Part shown: one piece after another, positions 26,001-38,013 of the stretch | Numbering within the stretch: the stretch's first letter is position 1 | Layout of the letters: each line of letters opens with the position of its first letter | Assembly (NCBI RefSeq): GCF_041146345.1 | Contig: NW_027191413.1 | Coordinates: 1,612,001 to 1,676,000, forward strand | Direction of reading: 5' to 3' | Source of the DNA: Neodothiora populina | Lineage: Eukaryota | DNA length: 64,000 bases | Made by a program: the position numbers and the translations under genes | The notes under the pieces: generated by a model | Database searches by the model: none | What the model saw: only the letters and a program-made list of their open reading frames with translations | Told to the model about the DNA's origin: nothing

Positions 26001-28315
26001 GGTCACGTCTTACCAGCTTGTCGTCCAAGACACACCCTATTTCCAGAAAATCCGTTGGCAGTACATGATTCTCGATGAAGCGCAAGCCATCAAATCCTCC
26101 CAGAGTTCTCGATGGAAAGCCTTGCTCGGATTCCATTGCCGGAATCGTCTACTTCTGACCGGTACCCCTATTCAGAATAACATGCAGGAGCTGTGGGCTT
26201 TGCTCCATTTCATTATGCCCAGTCTTTTCGACTCGCACGATGAGTTTAGCGATTGGTTCTCCAAGGACATTGAGAGCCACGCGCAAAGTAACACGAAACT
26301 CAACGAGGACCAGCTCAAGCGTCTACACATGATCCTGAAGCCGTTCATGCTTCGTCGTGTCAAGAAGCACGTTCAGAAGGAGCTTGGTGACAAGATTGAG
26401 GAGGATGTATTCTGCGATCTGACGTACAGACAAAGGGCCTACTACGCAAACCTTCGGAACAAGATCAGTATCATGGACCTCATCGAAAAAGCAGCAGTGG
26501 GAGACGACCAAGACACGGCTACTTTGATGAACCTCGTGATGCAATTCCGCAAGGTCTGCAATCATCCCGACCTCTTTGAGCGTGCCGAGGTCACGTCACC
26601 ATTCTCCATGTCGTATTTCGCCGAGACTGCCTCTTTCAGCAGAGAAGGAAATTTCGTGCAGTTAGCGTACTCTGTGCGGAGTCTCATCGAATACTGGCTT
26701 CCGAAGAGGCTGGGATCAGGGGATGGCCGGCTAGACCTTGTTGGCCCGGATAGCCCCAGCGTTGGTTGGAAGAACAAGTGGCTCCGGCACATGATGAATA
26801 TATGGGATCCGAAATACATTCACGACAGCTCCAAGGAAAATGGGGCATTCTCGTGGTTGCGATTCATCGATTCCTCGGCAAACCATGTTTCCAAATCTGC
26901 TCGGATGCCATTGTTCGAGAGATCTGTAAATCTAAGGTCGGAGCAGTCTTCTGGCATGGGAGATCACATCGACAGCAAAGACATCTTCTCACCCGTTCAT
27001 GCAATGTTCAACATTACCGCCAAAGGCTCTGGACGTCTTCAAGCCGACCGTGCTGGCGAAGGTCATCTGCACGAGTTGCTCAATATCTCATCATCGTCGT
27101 TAGCCAAGAGTGGTTTCGGCGTTCTCGAGCCTTGTGCTTTACCATCGGCATCTGCCCCACCAATCGAGATGATATGCTCAACTCAAAGAGCCGTCTTGGA
27201 AAGACGTTCGTCTCTCTTCAACGTAAATATGCGCAAACACTTGTACCCGATCTTGCCAGACGCAGAGGTTGCTTTGTTCCAAAAGAAGGTCGATCCATCT
27301 CATTATCCCATTACTGGAATACTACCGAAGCCAGCATCTCAAAAGCAACGGTACACCAAGATCGAGGTCCCGAGCATGCGCCGCTTCGTCACCGACTCTG
27401 GAAAATTGGCCAAGCTTGACCAGCTACTAAAGCAGCTCAAGGAGGGAGGTCACAGAGTGCTACTCTACTTCCAGATGACGCGCATGATTGACTTGATGGA
27501 AGAGTACCTGACTTATCGAAACTACAAGTACTGCCGTCTTGACGGCTCCACCAAGCTCGAAGATCGTCGAGACACGGTCGCCGCCTTCCAGTCATCACCA
27601 GAAATATTCGTGTTCCTTCTCAGTACCCGTGCTGGAGGTCTGGGTATCAATTTGACTTCTGCGGATACAGTCATCTTTTACGACAGTGATTGGAATCCTA
27701 CAATTGACTCTCAGGCTATGGATCGCGCGCATCGTCTAGGACAGACCAGACAAGTCACAGTCTACCGCCTCATCACCCGGGGAACCATCGAGGAGCGTAT
27801 CCGTAAGCGCGCCCTTCAGAAGGAAGAGGTGCAGCGTGTCGTCATCAGTGGTGGTGCAGCACCTGGTGAGAAGACAACGGTCGACTTCAACGCCCGTAGT
27901 CGCGAGAATCGCACGAAGGATATCGCACTCTGGCTGGCCGACGACGACCAAGCGGCCGAGATCGAGCGCAAGGAAGCCGAGATGGCAGAGCAAGAAGCGA
28001 AAGAGCCAACCAAGAAGAGGAAGGCGCCGACGAAGAAAAGGAAGGAGGTCAGCATGGACGCGCTATATCACGAAGGTAAGTCTGAGTCGATATCTTCCAC
28101 ACGCACGAGCAAAGACTAACACAAGTCCTCAACCAGGTGAAGGAGCATTCGACGACGACAGTGGAAACAAGCAATCTGGGGCTGCAACGCCCGTGCCAGT
28201 CGCCGGCGGCGATGCTGCATCGAAAAAGAAGAAGAGCACGGGCAAGAAGGCCAAGACGCTCAAACAACGTCTTGCAGTGGCAGATGGTGAAGTAGACGGA
28301 GGAATGCAGTTGTAG
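23041..28315 (+). CDS. INO80: INO80 chromatin-remodelling ATPase, 5 exons
   Basis: DBINO region ([12 protein letters not shown]...[19 protein letters not shown]), [16 protein letters not shown], a long split-ATPase insertion, [11 protein letters not shown] and [11 protein letters not shown]. Exons at about 23041-23361, 23424-23636, 23689-24210, 24265-28076 and 28137-28315 splice in frame. The N-terminal exons are less certain. Confidence 0.96.
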
Positions 28316-28766
28316 GACCACAAAAAGAAAGGGACAATGGAGAATGCCTGAAGATCATGATAATCATCAATACCGAGTCTATAGGTGGTTCGTCTTTTGG
28401 TCTCCCGATGTGCGTTTTCCTTCCACATTTATTTTTTCTTCTCCTTCTTCTCTCTCCCGAGAGAGAAAGAGAGAGTGGCAAAGGTTTTTGCTTTACAACC
28501 TGTAAAATCAAACATTTCAAAAAGGGGTTCTTTCACACACAAAAGGTTGGGCTGAGATGGGGAAGGAAGACTTAACGATGTACAATTGTAACTCACCACA
28601 GCCAATGCAAAGTCTACACACATGACTATCGATGGTGGGTTTTAATAGTGACATGACTGATTCGCTGTACTTATATACATACACATACATCTCTGATCTT
28701 CCTATTTAAATCTTACACGGGACAGCGAGTCTATTTCGAAACCGATCCCTTTTTTCCGTCATGTAA

Positions 28767-31583
28767 CTACCCAACAGCCTGCGTCCTGGCCGTTGACGTC
28801 CGCTCACCAAGCACAACATGTTCCCTTGTCGCCGACTCGCGGTCAATCTCAAGCCTCATCCTGCGGCCCTTGGCGCTCAACTCCCTCAGCATCTGGATAT
28901 AGAAATCACCTCTATCGCCACTGCGGCCTTTGGACTTTTTGCCCACCACCACTTCTTTGCCTGCTGCTTTTGCGGCAGTGCTGCTGCTGTCGTCTTTTGC
29001 GGCAGGGTCGTCGCCGATGTTGTTGTTGTTGTTGGCGCGGTCGAAGACTTTTCGGCGGCGCGCTCGCGTGGCGTCGTAGAGTGCTCGCGCGCGCTCTGGC
29101 GAGGTGATTTTGTTCAGGGCGTAGGTTATGCTCCAGGTGTCGTCGGGACTCAGAGACTCGGGTCGCTCGACGTAGGCGCCGTTGACCAGGTTGCGGATTG
29201 TCAGCGTCATTGCGAGCAGGGGCTTTGTGTCTTGGGGCTCTGTGGGCTCTGAGGAGAAGGAAGCGTCCGACGACTCGGGCCCTGACGTGTCGCTTGCGCC
29301 ACTGTCGACGTCTGTAGTTCCTGCTGATGTGGACGCGTCAAGCGATACTGCTTCGTCGTTGAGGTCATCGCTCGAGATCGAGGTCGGTGTTTCCACGTCG
29401 GACTCTTCGCACTCTGCGACGTTGTCCTCTTCTGGCTTTTCAGCCAGGCCCATGACGGCACGCTCGAACTCCCGGATCTTTTCTTTCTGTGAGTTCTGGA
29501 TCGTGTCGATGGCTTCCTCGCTCATGGGCTCGGCGAAGACATACATGAACGGCAAGTTCGTGCTGGGTCTGGTCTCGAAGTGGAATCGCAAAGACTGCCC
29601 GGGAAACTGTTCCGTTGCTGTGTTCAGAATCTTGTTGAGCAATTCGATACTCAGTGTAAACTCCTGGTTGCCGAGGCATCGATCGGGTTGACCGTGAAGG
29701 GCGCGGTCCAGTTCGCTCAGGTTCAGATATTGAAACCCGAACATTCTTTTGATATTATGGTAAGCGACGAAGATGCCATCCATGCGGCCCATTCGTGCTT
29801 GTAGCGAGTATTTCAGCATTGTGCTGCGCATCATGTCGTAAAACTCTCGCTCGTAACTCTCGTACAGGCCGAGGTCATCGTGGATCTCGTAGCCCGACAT
29901 TTCCTCGTAGTCATCAGCTTGCATACGGACGGAGACGACTGCACGCGTCTTCAGATCGAACATGCCAGTCCCCGGTAACCTCGGGTCGTGGGCGTCAAGC
30001 TGGGAGCGCATGAGGAAGTCGCCTTGGGTAGAAAAATGGAAGGAATCGGGTGCGGTGCGTTCGGTCTCGGAAATCTGACGCGGATCACTCTTCCTGTAGC
30101 GCTCGAAGTCGTCGGGCGCCATTGTGAGGAGCTTCTCGAGTGACTTGCCAAGCAACATCAGGACGTTGGCGCCATCGTACTCTTTGTCGGCATCAATGGC
30201 ATACGTGCCGTCTTTCCAGCGGAGGAACATGGCGTTCGGGGCCATGTTGAGCTGGGTGAAGGTGGTGGTTGCCTTCTCGGCAAACGTTTTGGACAACATC
30301 CCGGTGTTTAGTGGCCGCCAAGCGGACAATAGATAATGGAAATGGCCAAGGGTACTGGTCATGCTTGAGGTAGAGCCGACATACTTGATTTTGTTCTCCT
30401 TGGCTAGCCGTGCCAGCAGCGGGTCTTGCGATGAAGTCTTGTACTCAGCCAGAGCATTGTAGTCGAACTCCGAGACAGGCATAATCTTCTGAAGATACGG
30501 GTCGAAGTTGTAGACCATCGAGTAAGGGTCTTGCAACTTGTAGACTCCTTGATTGAACAAGACACGATCAAGACCATGGGAAAGGCGTGGGACCGGAGGC
30601 TGGTCGACTGCGAGCGGAGTGAGTTGCAGATCAGACGCTTCCAAGGTAAAGATATTAGACGCTTTCTGCTTCGCAGCTGACTCGTCGGAATCCTTCTTCT
30701 CGAACACTCGGCCCTGCATTGCCTCGGCAAGCGACATTGGTTTTGACAGATCATCTGCGGGCTTTGGTTTGCTCTCTGTAGCTGTAGCACGAGTAGTCGT
30801 CGATGACCGTCGCTTCCTCGAGCTCTTTGAGCGCGACGCCTTAGCCTTCCCAGCCTCAGGTGTGGCTATGACAGCACCTTGTTCAGGAAGGGTTTCTCGT
30901 GTAGCTGTATCGACGATCGATTGTCCAGCCCTATTCCTGTACTTTGCCACGCGCTTCTTAGCATTTATCACACGACGTGCTGTATTTCGAGCAAAGCGGC
31001 TTCGGGCGCAGGTAACGAGGCGGATAGGCGGAGGCTCTATCGAGCTCGCAGATCGCTTGATGTCGGATTGCGCGGATTCTGGGGAGGAATTGTCCGATCT
31101 CACCGGAGACTCTACGACTTCTTCTGTGCTATCGTTGGCGAGCTCTTCCTGAACGGAATTGTGTCCGGGTTCCTTGTTGCCGATTTCGTCGCTGTTCTCA
31201 GATGCTGCAACAGTGTTCTTTTCTTGCATAGCGCGCCTCTTCTGCCTCAGAGCCCTCTCTTTCCTTCTGTGACTGGACACTTTCCTGGCATGGGCCACCC
31301 CCTTCTTGATATCTGTCTTGTCCTTCTCTGATACATTATGAGGCCGATGGGGGGGTTTCGAATCCGAAGGAGCCGAAGGAGCCGAAGGAGCCTCGGACGG
31401 GGTGTCGGCAGAGCTATGGTGAGAGTAATGCCTATACAGATGAACAGGAAACGAACGTCTCAAGACGTGGCTATGTGGTGGCGAGCATCGTGGTGGTGGT
31501 CGCAACAGTGGCAGCGATTGCGGCAGCCACAGGGCGGAATTAATCGTCACTGGACGGCTGCCAGCAGCATGCCAAAAGCGCAT
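28767..31583 (-). CDS. PET127: Mitochondrial RNA 5'-processing protein Pet127
   Basis: 938-aa ORF with Arg-rich presequence-like N-terminus; LSHGLDRVLFNQGVYKLQDP, KYVGSTSSMT, MRSQLDAHDPRLPGTGMFDLKTRAV, KYSLQARMGRMDGIFVAYHN. Confidence 0.93.
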   Translation of the reverse strand: MRFWHAAGSRPVTINSALWLPQSLPLLRPPPRCSPPHSHVLRRSFPVHLYRHYSHHSSADTPSEAPSAPSAPSDSKPPHRPHNVSEKDKTDIKKGVAHARKVSSHRRKERALRQKRRAMQEKNTVAASENSDEIGNKEPGHNSVQEELANDSTEEVVESPVRSDNSSPESAQSDIKRSASSIEPPPIRLVTCARSRFARNTARRVINAKKRVAKYRNRAGQSIVDTATRETLPEQGAVIATPEAGKAKASRSKSSRKRRSSTTTRATATESKPKPADDLSKPMSLAEAMQGRVFEKKDSDESAAKQKASNIFTLEASDLQLTPLAVDQPPVPRLSHGLDRVLFNQGVYKLQDPYSMVYNFDPYLQKIMPVSEFDYNALAEYKTSSQDPLLARLAKENKIKYVGSTSSMTSTLGHFHYLLSAWRPLNTGMLSKTFAEKATTTFTQLNMAPNAMFLRWKDGTYAIDADKEYDGANVLMLLGKSLEKLLTMAPDDFERYRKSDPRQISETERTAPDSFHFSTQGDFLMRSQLDAHDPRLPGTGMFDLKTRAVVSVRMQADDYEEMSGYEIHDDLGLYESYEREFYDMMRSTMLKYSLQARMGRMDGIFVAYHNIKRMFGFQYLNLSELDRALHGQPDRCLGNQEFTLSIELLNKILNTATEQFPGQSLRFHFETRPSTNLPFMYVFAEPMSEEAIDTIQNSQKEKIREFERAVMGLAEKPEEDNVAECEESDVETPTSISSDDLNDEAVSLDASTSAGTTDVDSGASDTSGPESSDASFSSEPTEPQDTKPLLAMTLTIRNLVNGAYVERPESLSPDDTWSITYALNKITSPERARALYDATRARRRKVFDRANNNNNIGDDPAAKDDSSSTAAKAAGKEVVVGKKSKGRSGDRGDFYIQMLRELSAKGRRMRLEIDRESATREHVVLGERTSTARTQAVG

Positions 31584-33492
31584 ATGGGCGTAGTCGGTGC
31601 CGAAGGGATAAAACTACATGCGATGGCGTTGTGGGCGAAGCATCAGCAGATATAGAGTAGTCTTCACTGGAGGTGGGAGTTTTTATGATTTGATCGTCAA
31701 GGACCCTTGACAAACTCGATCGAGCAAGCGTCTGACGCATGTGCAGCAGATTATTGTACTTGTACAGCCAGAAATGCCTTATCAGGAGCAAAAGCACAGA
31801 AGAGACACAATAGTAGCCAAGGCAGAAACTAGTCCAGTCTGGCACTGCAAAATCTCTACTGTACAATAACACAATGGCCGAAACTCCAGTCTGGGGTAAC
31901 TCCATGTTAATGCTTCTTTTGTGCTTCCAGAAATGACACTCACACATTCGGACAGATCATAGAGTCATAGAAGCACTGGATGGTGGCATGCATGACGAGG
32001 TCAATCTGGCGCCTTGAACCCGAACGTGGACATTGCTGGAGCAGACATTGTTGTGACAAAGATATGGTGGCCCATCGATTCGCCGTTTGCAGTGTCCTCC
32101 ATATCCAGGCCCTGGTATGAAACACGCGGGAATCCTTGTGTTCTCATGACAAGCCGTGAATGCCTTGGGAAAACAGCATTGAGATCTGGATATCACGTTG
32201 AACATGCATTTTCGGGACACCATCAAAGGTAAATTGGCAGACGATATTAAGTTCAGTCACTGACAAACCCAGCGTCGGCAAAACGTGCCTGTAGTCAAAC
32301 CGCTGTGACAGCACGACAAGAACCATAAGGTACTTGTATAATCATTCACAATAGATAGGGCTTCGGCGCATCTGAAGATCTTGTGTACCTCAGGTCCTTG
32401 AGCCCTGCTTGAACGTTGAAATTGTGCCTGGAGGTGACATCATCGCATGGTTAAGATTGCATACCTTAGTTGGATAAGGTAAGTTACCTTACTCGTAGCC
32501 CGCCCAGGTAATTACTGCAGGTATTGCAGACTTCGAATATGCCTGAGCAGGTACATCTTTTCTCGTGCGTCGTGTCAAGTCCTCTCAAGGGCACGATGGG
32601 TTGACAACCAACGAGTCCGTCAGATGGAGCTACGACGTCCAATAACTCCTCAGCTGGGCGCCATGGGCTACGCAAGCCTGCTCAATCCAGCACGACAGTT
32701 TTTACTTCAAACCAAATGGATAGCTGCGGCCGGCGATCCGGCGACCGGAGTTGGCAGCGCCGAACGTCCTCTTGTGCCGTTTCTGGCACTGTGTCTTTAT
32801 AGTTCTGCCAACCCGATCGAGATCGAGGAACTGCATGTCTCAATTATCACGGGGTGGGACAGCGCTTATCATAACTTTCCATTGCTGTTCTCGAGAAGCA
32901 CTGGCTTGATTAGTCTGAGTCCGAGGGCGTCCGTCTGCGTCCTTGATGTCTTACCACTGTCCGGGGGGGCTGTACGCACGCTTTTCCCCCTAAAGAATGT
33001 GTCCTTTGCTACTTTGTATTACAATAGTGCCTTTGTATTCGTGCTTCATCTTTAGATAGAAACTATACGTCACAGACACACAGACAGCCAGCGCCCTTCC
33101 TCACCCTCCATGCTTCGCTATGCGCGGTAGCACTTCACATGCTATTAGGAACTGCAGCAGTGAACACACAGATTGCCAACTTTCCACAAAGACAGACAGA
33201 TGCGCGCCCAATGACCTTGGCTCTGACTGCACTTGGGTTGTCCAAGATATTTGCAAACACAGACGAAACCACCATCGCCATCTCGCTCTCGTGACTGCTT
33301 CGTAAGAGACAGAGAGGGGGTGATATAATAAGCCTCAGGCCACACGAGACACAGGAATAGAGGCCGCGGCCGCGCAGATCTTAGATCCCAGATCCTGAAA
33401 CCCACACCCCATACGGGTACCTTTGAAGGTTCCTTCCATTCCTAGTTCTCTGAAAAAGATATCGTCTTCGTGACGGACGCCGGCTCTGAACC

Positions 33493-36400
33493 ATGTCCAA
33501 GTCGGGCAGCCGCGACAGAAGAAGGAGTATTTTCGGGATTCCTTCCTTCACCCACATCCACCCGGTGCACTCTTCGTCTCCTTCCACCTCGACCACGACC
33601 ACTGCTTCTCTCGCCAGCGCCGCTGTCGCCGCCGCCGCCTTCTCCCCTACGCCTAGCCGGGAATCTAATGATTTCGAGAAGGGGCATACTCCCAACACCC
33701 TCAAGAAACGTCAGAGTAGACCGTCCCTCCATACAAACCTCCAAGTACCACCGCACATCGAGCTCGTGCAGGACGACGACGCTCTCAGTCCGGTCCGCAG
33801 CACGTCTTCGCAATTCTCCCCTACGAAGTCTCGCCCGTCCCTGAGTTCCCGCCCTCCTTCAAACAGACCAGCCTCGTCCGTCTTTGGTTCTCTGCGCTCC
33901 ACCAGGTCCAACGTAGACGATGATCTCCCACTGGGACTCACACATAGCAACGCCCACTCGACGACCAGACCTGACGTCCTGGACCCTACCCTGAATCGCT
34001 CCAGGCTGGTTTTGCACCATGGCGAGGTTCAGACGAGCAGCAGCATGTTTCGCAAGAAGAAGGAGTATCTCGCACTGACGGAAACACACATCATCCGCTA
34101 TAAATCACAGAGTAAAGCTGCCGAGAGCTTGACAACTATACCATCACCACATGGCAGGAGTCCTCCGGTTCGACATGCGTCGGCACAGTCTGTTGGATCT
34201 TCGCAGGACCTGCATTCTCTCCACTCCGATTCCTCTGGTGACAAGGAGAGCCGTGTGCCCCTGAGACAGATAGTTGCTGCTCACAAGCTCGACGATGGAA
34301 AACCATACTTTGCCATAGAGGTTTGCTATCTCGACGAGGAGAGCACGCAGGCTTCAGCAATGACGATGCAGTTCGCCGATCCAGACGACCGCAGTCTTTG
34401 GCTGCGCGCTATCCGTCAAGCCGCCAATCAAGCCCGATTACATGATTCGAATCCAATCTCTGCGTACAATTCCAGGAATGCAGCCCGTGCTGTAGAGCGA
34501 GCGCATGACTACGATCCCTCCAATTTCTCCATCTACAAGGTCATCCAACGTGCATCTGCAAAACCTGGTCGCTCTTCCACAGACGATCTGGCCAAAATGG
34601 CCTCTACTGTGTGTTTCCTTGCCATCGGCATTCACAAAGTTCACGTCATTCCCTTGGCCAAGGCCAACAGCCGCACATCTTCTCCTCATTTGCTGCTACC
34701 GACAGGTCCTCAGCCCTCCCATGGCATACTGACCCTTACCAGCGTCAGAGTGCATGTGTCTGATGATAGTTTCGAGCTTACTTTCCGACAGCCATTGAAG
34801 CGACCCCAGACCTTGTATCTAGCCTCGTTAGCTTCTCACGACATCGCGATCCGTCTTCATCATTCCGAGAACATTCTCCGGCCGGACTGTGATACGCGCC
34901 TCTACAGATTTGCCGTGCCTGTTGATGTCGAAGACCAGCTGCCGCCACCAGTGGATCCCGAGGCCGAGGAACACCACTGTTTCGAGAGAACTCTGACTGC
35001 TTACTGCATAGCCTATGATGTCAACCCCTCGAACATCTGCTATACAATCGATTATTCCACCGAGGATGCCCCTACTTTTCAGCTACTGCCACTGGCAGAC
35101 AAGCGTCGAAGTGATTACAGCATCGCCGAGTTGCTTGCTGTTATGCGTGCCCTTCGTTACAATGAAAGTTTTGGCTCCCTCTCCTTTGCTGGCGTGCGCC
35201 TAGACGTGCTGAATGGCACACATGATACATATGGCTATGAATTAGTGTGCACTAGGACCAAAAAGGGAACACCCATTCGTCTCTCCGCCGACAAATTAAA
35301 TGGTGCCTGTCTCCTCGTGCAGGAAGTCCGCGCTCTGGCTGCTACAAACAAGAAACTGCGACGAATGGATTTCAGCGCCACCATCACCACAAAGCCCCCA
35401 GAGTACACCGAGGAGCTCGAGTACCGACCAAAGGACATTGGCTGTGGTATCGTCGAGGCCCTCTTCCCTCTTTGCCGTCATCAGACTACCAATGTCGACT
35501 GGATTGCACTCAATGATATACATCTTTCCGAAACCGATCTGGATTATCTAGTTGGTGCAGCCGTTGACAAAGCTTGCCACTTCCGTGCCGTCGAACTCAG
35601 TCGATGCTCTCTGACAGACCGCACGCTCAATCTTATCTTGGATGCCTTCCGTGCGCAAGAGAACACCTTGGAAGCGCTGGACATCTCCGGCAACCTCGCG
35701 CGTCTGTCTCCGGCAGCCTTTGACTCTCAAATTAGCATATTCGGCTTCATCCGTAAGCTGAATCTCGCCCATACCTCGAGAATCAATGGTTCCGAGCCAT
35801 TGCTGAGCGCTGAGACGCTCTTGACTTGGAGGCTCTCAGAGTTGCGATTGACTGGAACCAGTCTCAATGAACACACGGTCGAGGCGCTGACCACCTATCT
35901 ACGGCATCCCCAATCCAACACATTGCGCGAACTTTTTCTTGACTACTGCTACCTGACAGGAAGTGACATCGCGAACCTCATGCAAGCTATGGCCTCGTCA
36001 GACTCAAAGGAGCCGAGACACTTGCACCTGGACATCAGCCACAACAACATTACCAAAGATTACGACAAAGTATGCAAGGCCATCGCCGCAGATTGTGCGC
36101 CGACACATGTTACCGTTAGAGCAGTCGAGTTCCGTGATGAGTCGGTGTTCCGTCATCTCGTCAATGCAATTCGAGCGAATAAAAGCATCAAGTACCTGGA
36201 TATTTCAAGAGCCTCGCTGCCCAATGAAGTAGGTGACGAGACCAGCCAGGCGCTCGAACGATTGTTTGCCGAGAACGAAGGACTTGAAGACCTCAACATA
36301 TCTGGAGAGGAGTCTCGATTAGAGACGTCAAGATTTGGCGCTGGGTTCAACCGCGCTTTGATCGGATTGAGATATAATACGACCTTACATGTACTTCATT

Positions 36401-37473
36401 TGCAGTACCAGCGACTGGGTCATGCCGGAGGTATCATTCTGGCAAATATTCTCAGGGACAACAAAGTGCTGCGAGAGCTGCACTGCGAGCATAATGAAAT
36501 ACCATTGCCAGCTCTGACCGACATGATCAATGCACTCGGCTCTAATACGACATTGGTCCATCTGCCTTCGATGGACGAGGAACGAGCGGCGGCTCTAAAG
36601 CAGACCGAGATACAGGTCAAGATGATACGAGACGATACGCGCCCCGTCTCTTCCAGTAAGCTACACAAAGCCTCTGCAGCGCCTGCCGTGAAAACTTCGT
36701 CATTTGGCATGCTCAAAGGGTTTGCCAGTGCTAAGAAGAGCATCAATAAGACGGCATCGGCATACACGCCATCTTTCCCATCTTTGCAAAAATCCACCCC
36801 ACCGAACTCGGGTGCCACTCGCAAGGGCTCGGTTGCATCATCAAAGACGAAGTTGAGCCCAACGTCTCCGACCAACGCGTCATTGCCGTCGTTGTCTGAT
36901 CAGGATATACAGGCAGCAATGCGGCTCGTAGCGGAGTCATGGGATAGACAGCAATACCGGCTGCAACAGTACTTACAGCGTAACCTGTGTATCCTGCAAG
37001 GTATACCGACAGCAATGGAGATCAAGGAAGAGGTCTTCGAACGCCCGATCAGTGTGGGGAGCCTGTCCAAGATCATCGAGAGAGTCAAGATCGATAGCAC
37101 GCCGACAGCTGAGAAGGAGCTCGATTTCGGCTTCGTACCGACGCCGTGGGTGGACAGTGAAGACTTCGCGAGACCTGCAAGTATCGGCACGGGAAGCATC
37201 CGAAGTAGCATCACGACTCCCGATCCGCCACAATTGGAGCTGCCGATGCTAGGCAGCTCGCCGCCCGCAGCCTTGTCATTCAAGCAATTCATGTTCGACA
37301 TCGGCAGCGACAGTCCAGAAGAGCGTCGAGCGTCCGTGGACGGCGGTGAAGAGCTAACCCCGGCGCTCGAGTTGGGTCCAATGGACAAGAGTGATGGGTT
37401 TGGACACGGTCTCGGATTGAACTTTTATAACACTGGGGGAACACAGACGACTCAGCAGGGTTTCTTCGACTGA
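33493..37473 (+). CDS. Large leucine-rich-repeat (RNI-like) protein with N-terminal PH-like domain(s)
   Basis: 1326-aa single ORF. HHGEVQT...KKKEYLALTETHIIRYK...W-x3-I is PH-like. Repeated LxxLxLxxN/C units follow (LEALDISGN, LRELFLDYC, IKYLDISRA, LEDLNISGE, LRELHCEHN). Confidence 0.8.
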   Translation: MSKSGSRDRRRSIFGIPSFTHIHPVHSSSPSTSTTTTASLASAAVAAAAFSPTPSRESNDFEKGHTPNTLKKRQSRPSLHTNLQVPPHIELVQDDDALSPVRSTSSQFSPTKSRPSLSSRPPSNRPASSVFGSLRSTRSNVDDDLPLGLTHSNAHSTTRPDVLDPTLNRSRLVLHHGEVQTSSSMFRKKKEYLALTETHIIRYKSQSKAAESLTTIPSPHGRSPPVRHASAQSVGSSQDLHSLHSDSSGDKESRVPLRQIVAAHKLDDGKPYFAIEVCYLDEESTQASAMTMQFADPDDRSLWLRAIRQAANQARLHDSNPISAYNSRNAARAVERAHDYDPSNFSIYKVIQRASAKPGRSSTDDLAKMASTVCFLAIGIHKVHVIPLAKANSRTSSPHLLLPTGPQPSHGILTLTSVRVHVSDDSFELTFRQPLKRPQTLYLASLASHDIAIRLHHSENILRPDCDTRLYRFAVPVDVEDQLPPPVDPEAEEHHCFERTLTAYCIAYDVNPSNICYTIDYSTEDAPTFQLLPLADKRRSDYSIAELLAVMRALRYNESFGSLSFAGVRLDVLNGTHDTYGYELVCTRTKKGTPIRLSADKLNGACLLVQEVRALAATNKKLRRMDFSATITTKPPEYTEELEYRPKDIGCGIVEALFPLCRHQTTNVDWIALNDIHLSETDLDYLVGAAVDKACHFRAVELSRCSLTDRTLNLILDAFRAQENTLEALDISGNLARLSPAAFDSQISIFGFIRKLNLAHTSRINGSEPLLSAETLLTWRLSELRLTGTSLNEHTVEALTTYLRHPQSNTLRELFLDYCYLTGSDIANLMQAMASSDSKEPRHLHLDISHNNITKDYDKVCKAIAADCAPTHVTVRAVEFRDESVFRHLVNAIRANKSIKYLDISRASLPNEVGDETSQALERLFAENEGLEDLNISGEESRLETSRFGAGFNRALIGLRYNTTLHVLHLQYQRLGHAGGIILANILRDNKVLRELHCEHNEIPLPALTDMINALGSNTTLVHLPSMDEERAAALKQTEIQVKMIRDDTRPVSSSKLHKASAAPAVKTSSFGMLKGFASAKKSINKTASAYTPSFPSLQKSTPPNSGATRKGSVASSKTKLSPTSPTNASLPSLSDQDIQAAMRLVAESWDRQQYRLQQYLQRNLCILQGIPTAMEIKEEVFERPISVGSLSKIIERVKIDSTPTAEKELDFGFVPTPWVDSEDFARPASIGTGSIRSSITTPDPPQLELPMLGSSPPAALSFKQFMFDIGSDSPEERRASVDGGEELTPALELGPMDKSDGFGHGLGLNFYNTGGTQTTQQGFFD

Positions 37474-38013
37474 TCGCCCCTTGCCTTTTTTCTGCACCTT
37501 GTTCCAGCAACCGCAAAAGTCTTGAGGATCTACAGTAGCAATATACCCAAGAGGATATTCACCGTTGGCAAGCAAAAGCAACTACATAAGGGTATCGGGA
37601 CCATGTGTTCACCGAACAGAACAGTCACTTGGAGTTGACTTTCGACTGGCAGCCCCCCTTGGGTTTTCGAAAAAAGACGGAGTTTGGGTTTTGGTGTGCG
37701 TTGAGCCATGCTCGTAGTGCAAGCAAGGGCTTGTATTTGTTCTTATTATACATATATACACATACCTGTATCGATTGTCATTCGCGAATGTACAGGTCTT
37801 CTTCAACTCGTTCATCACCTCATGCCACGATGAATACCTGTTCGCATATTCGTGCGTGTCTAGTCAGTCTGGATTATGCACGATGCTCGGGCTGTTGCAG
37901 CGAAGGCACTGACACAGAAGATATGGATGATTGCGAGTGGTTTCCAGCGGTTGAGCATATCTAAGCATGATAATATGACAAAGTTGATTCATGTGTGCTA
38001 TCTTTCTTTTCTC

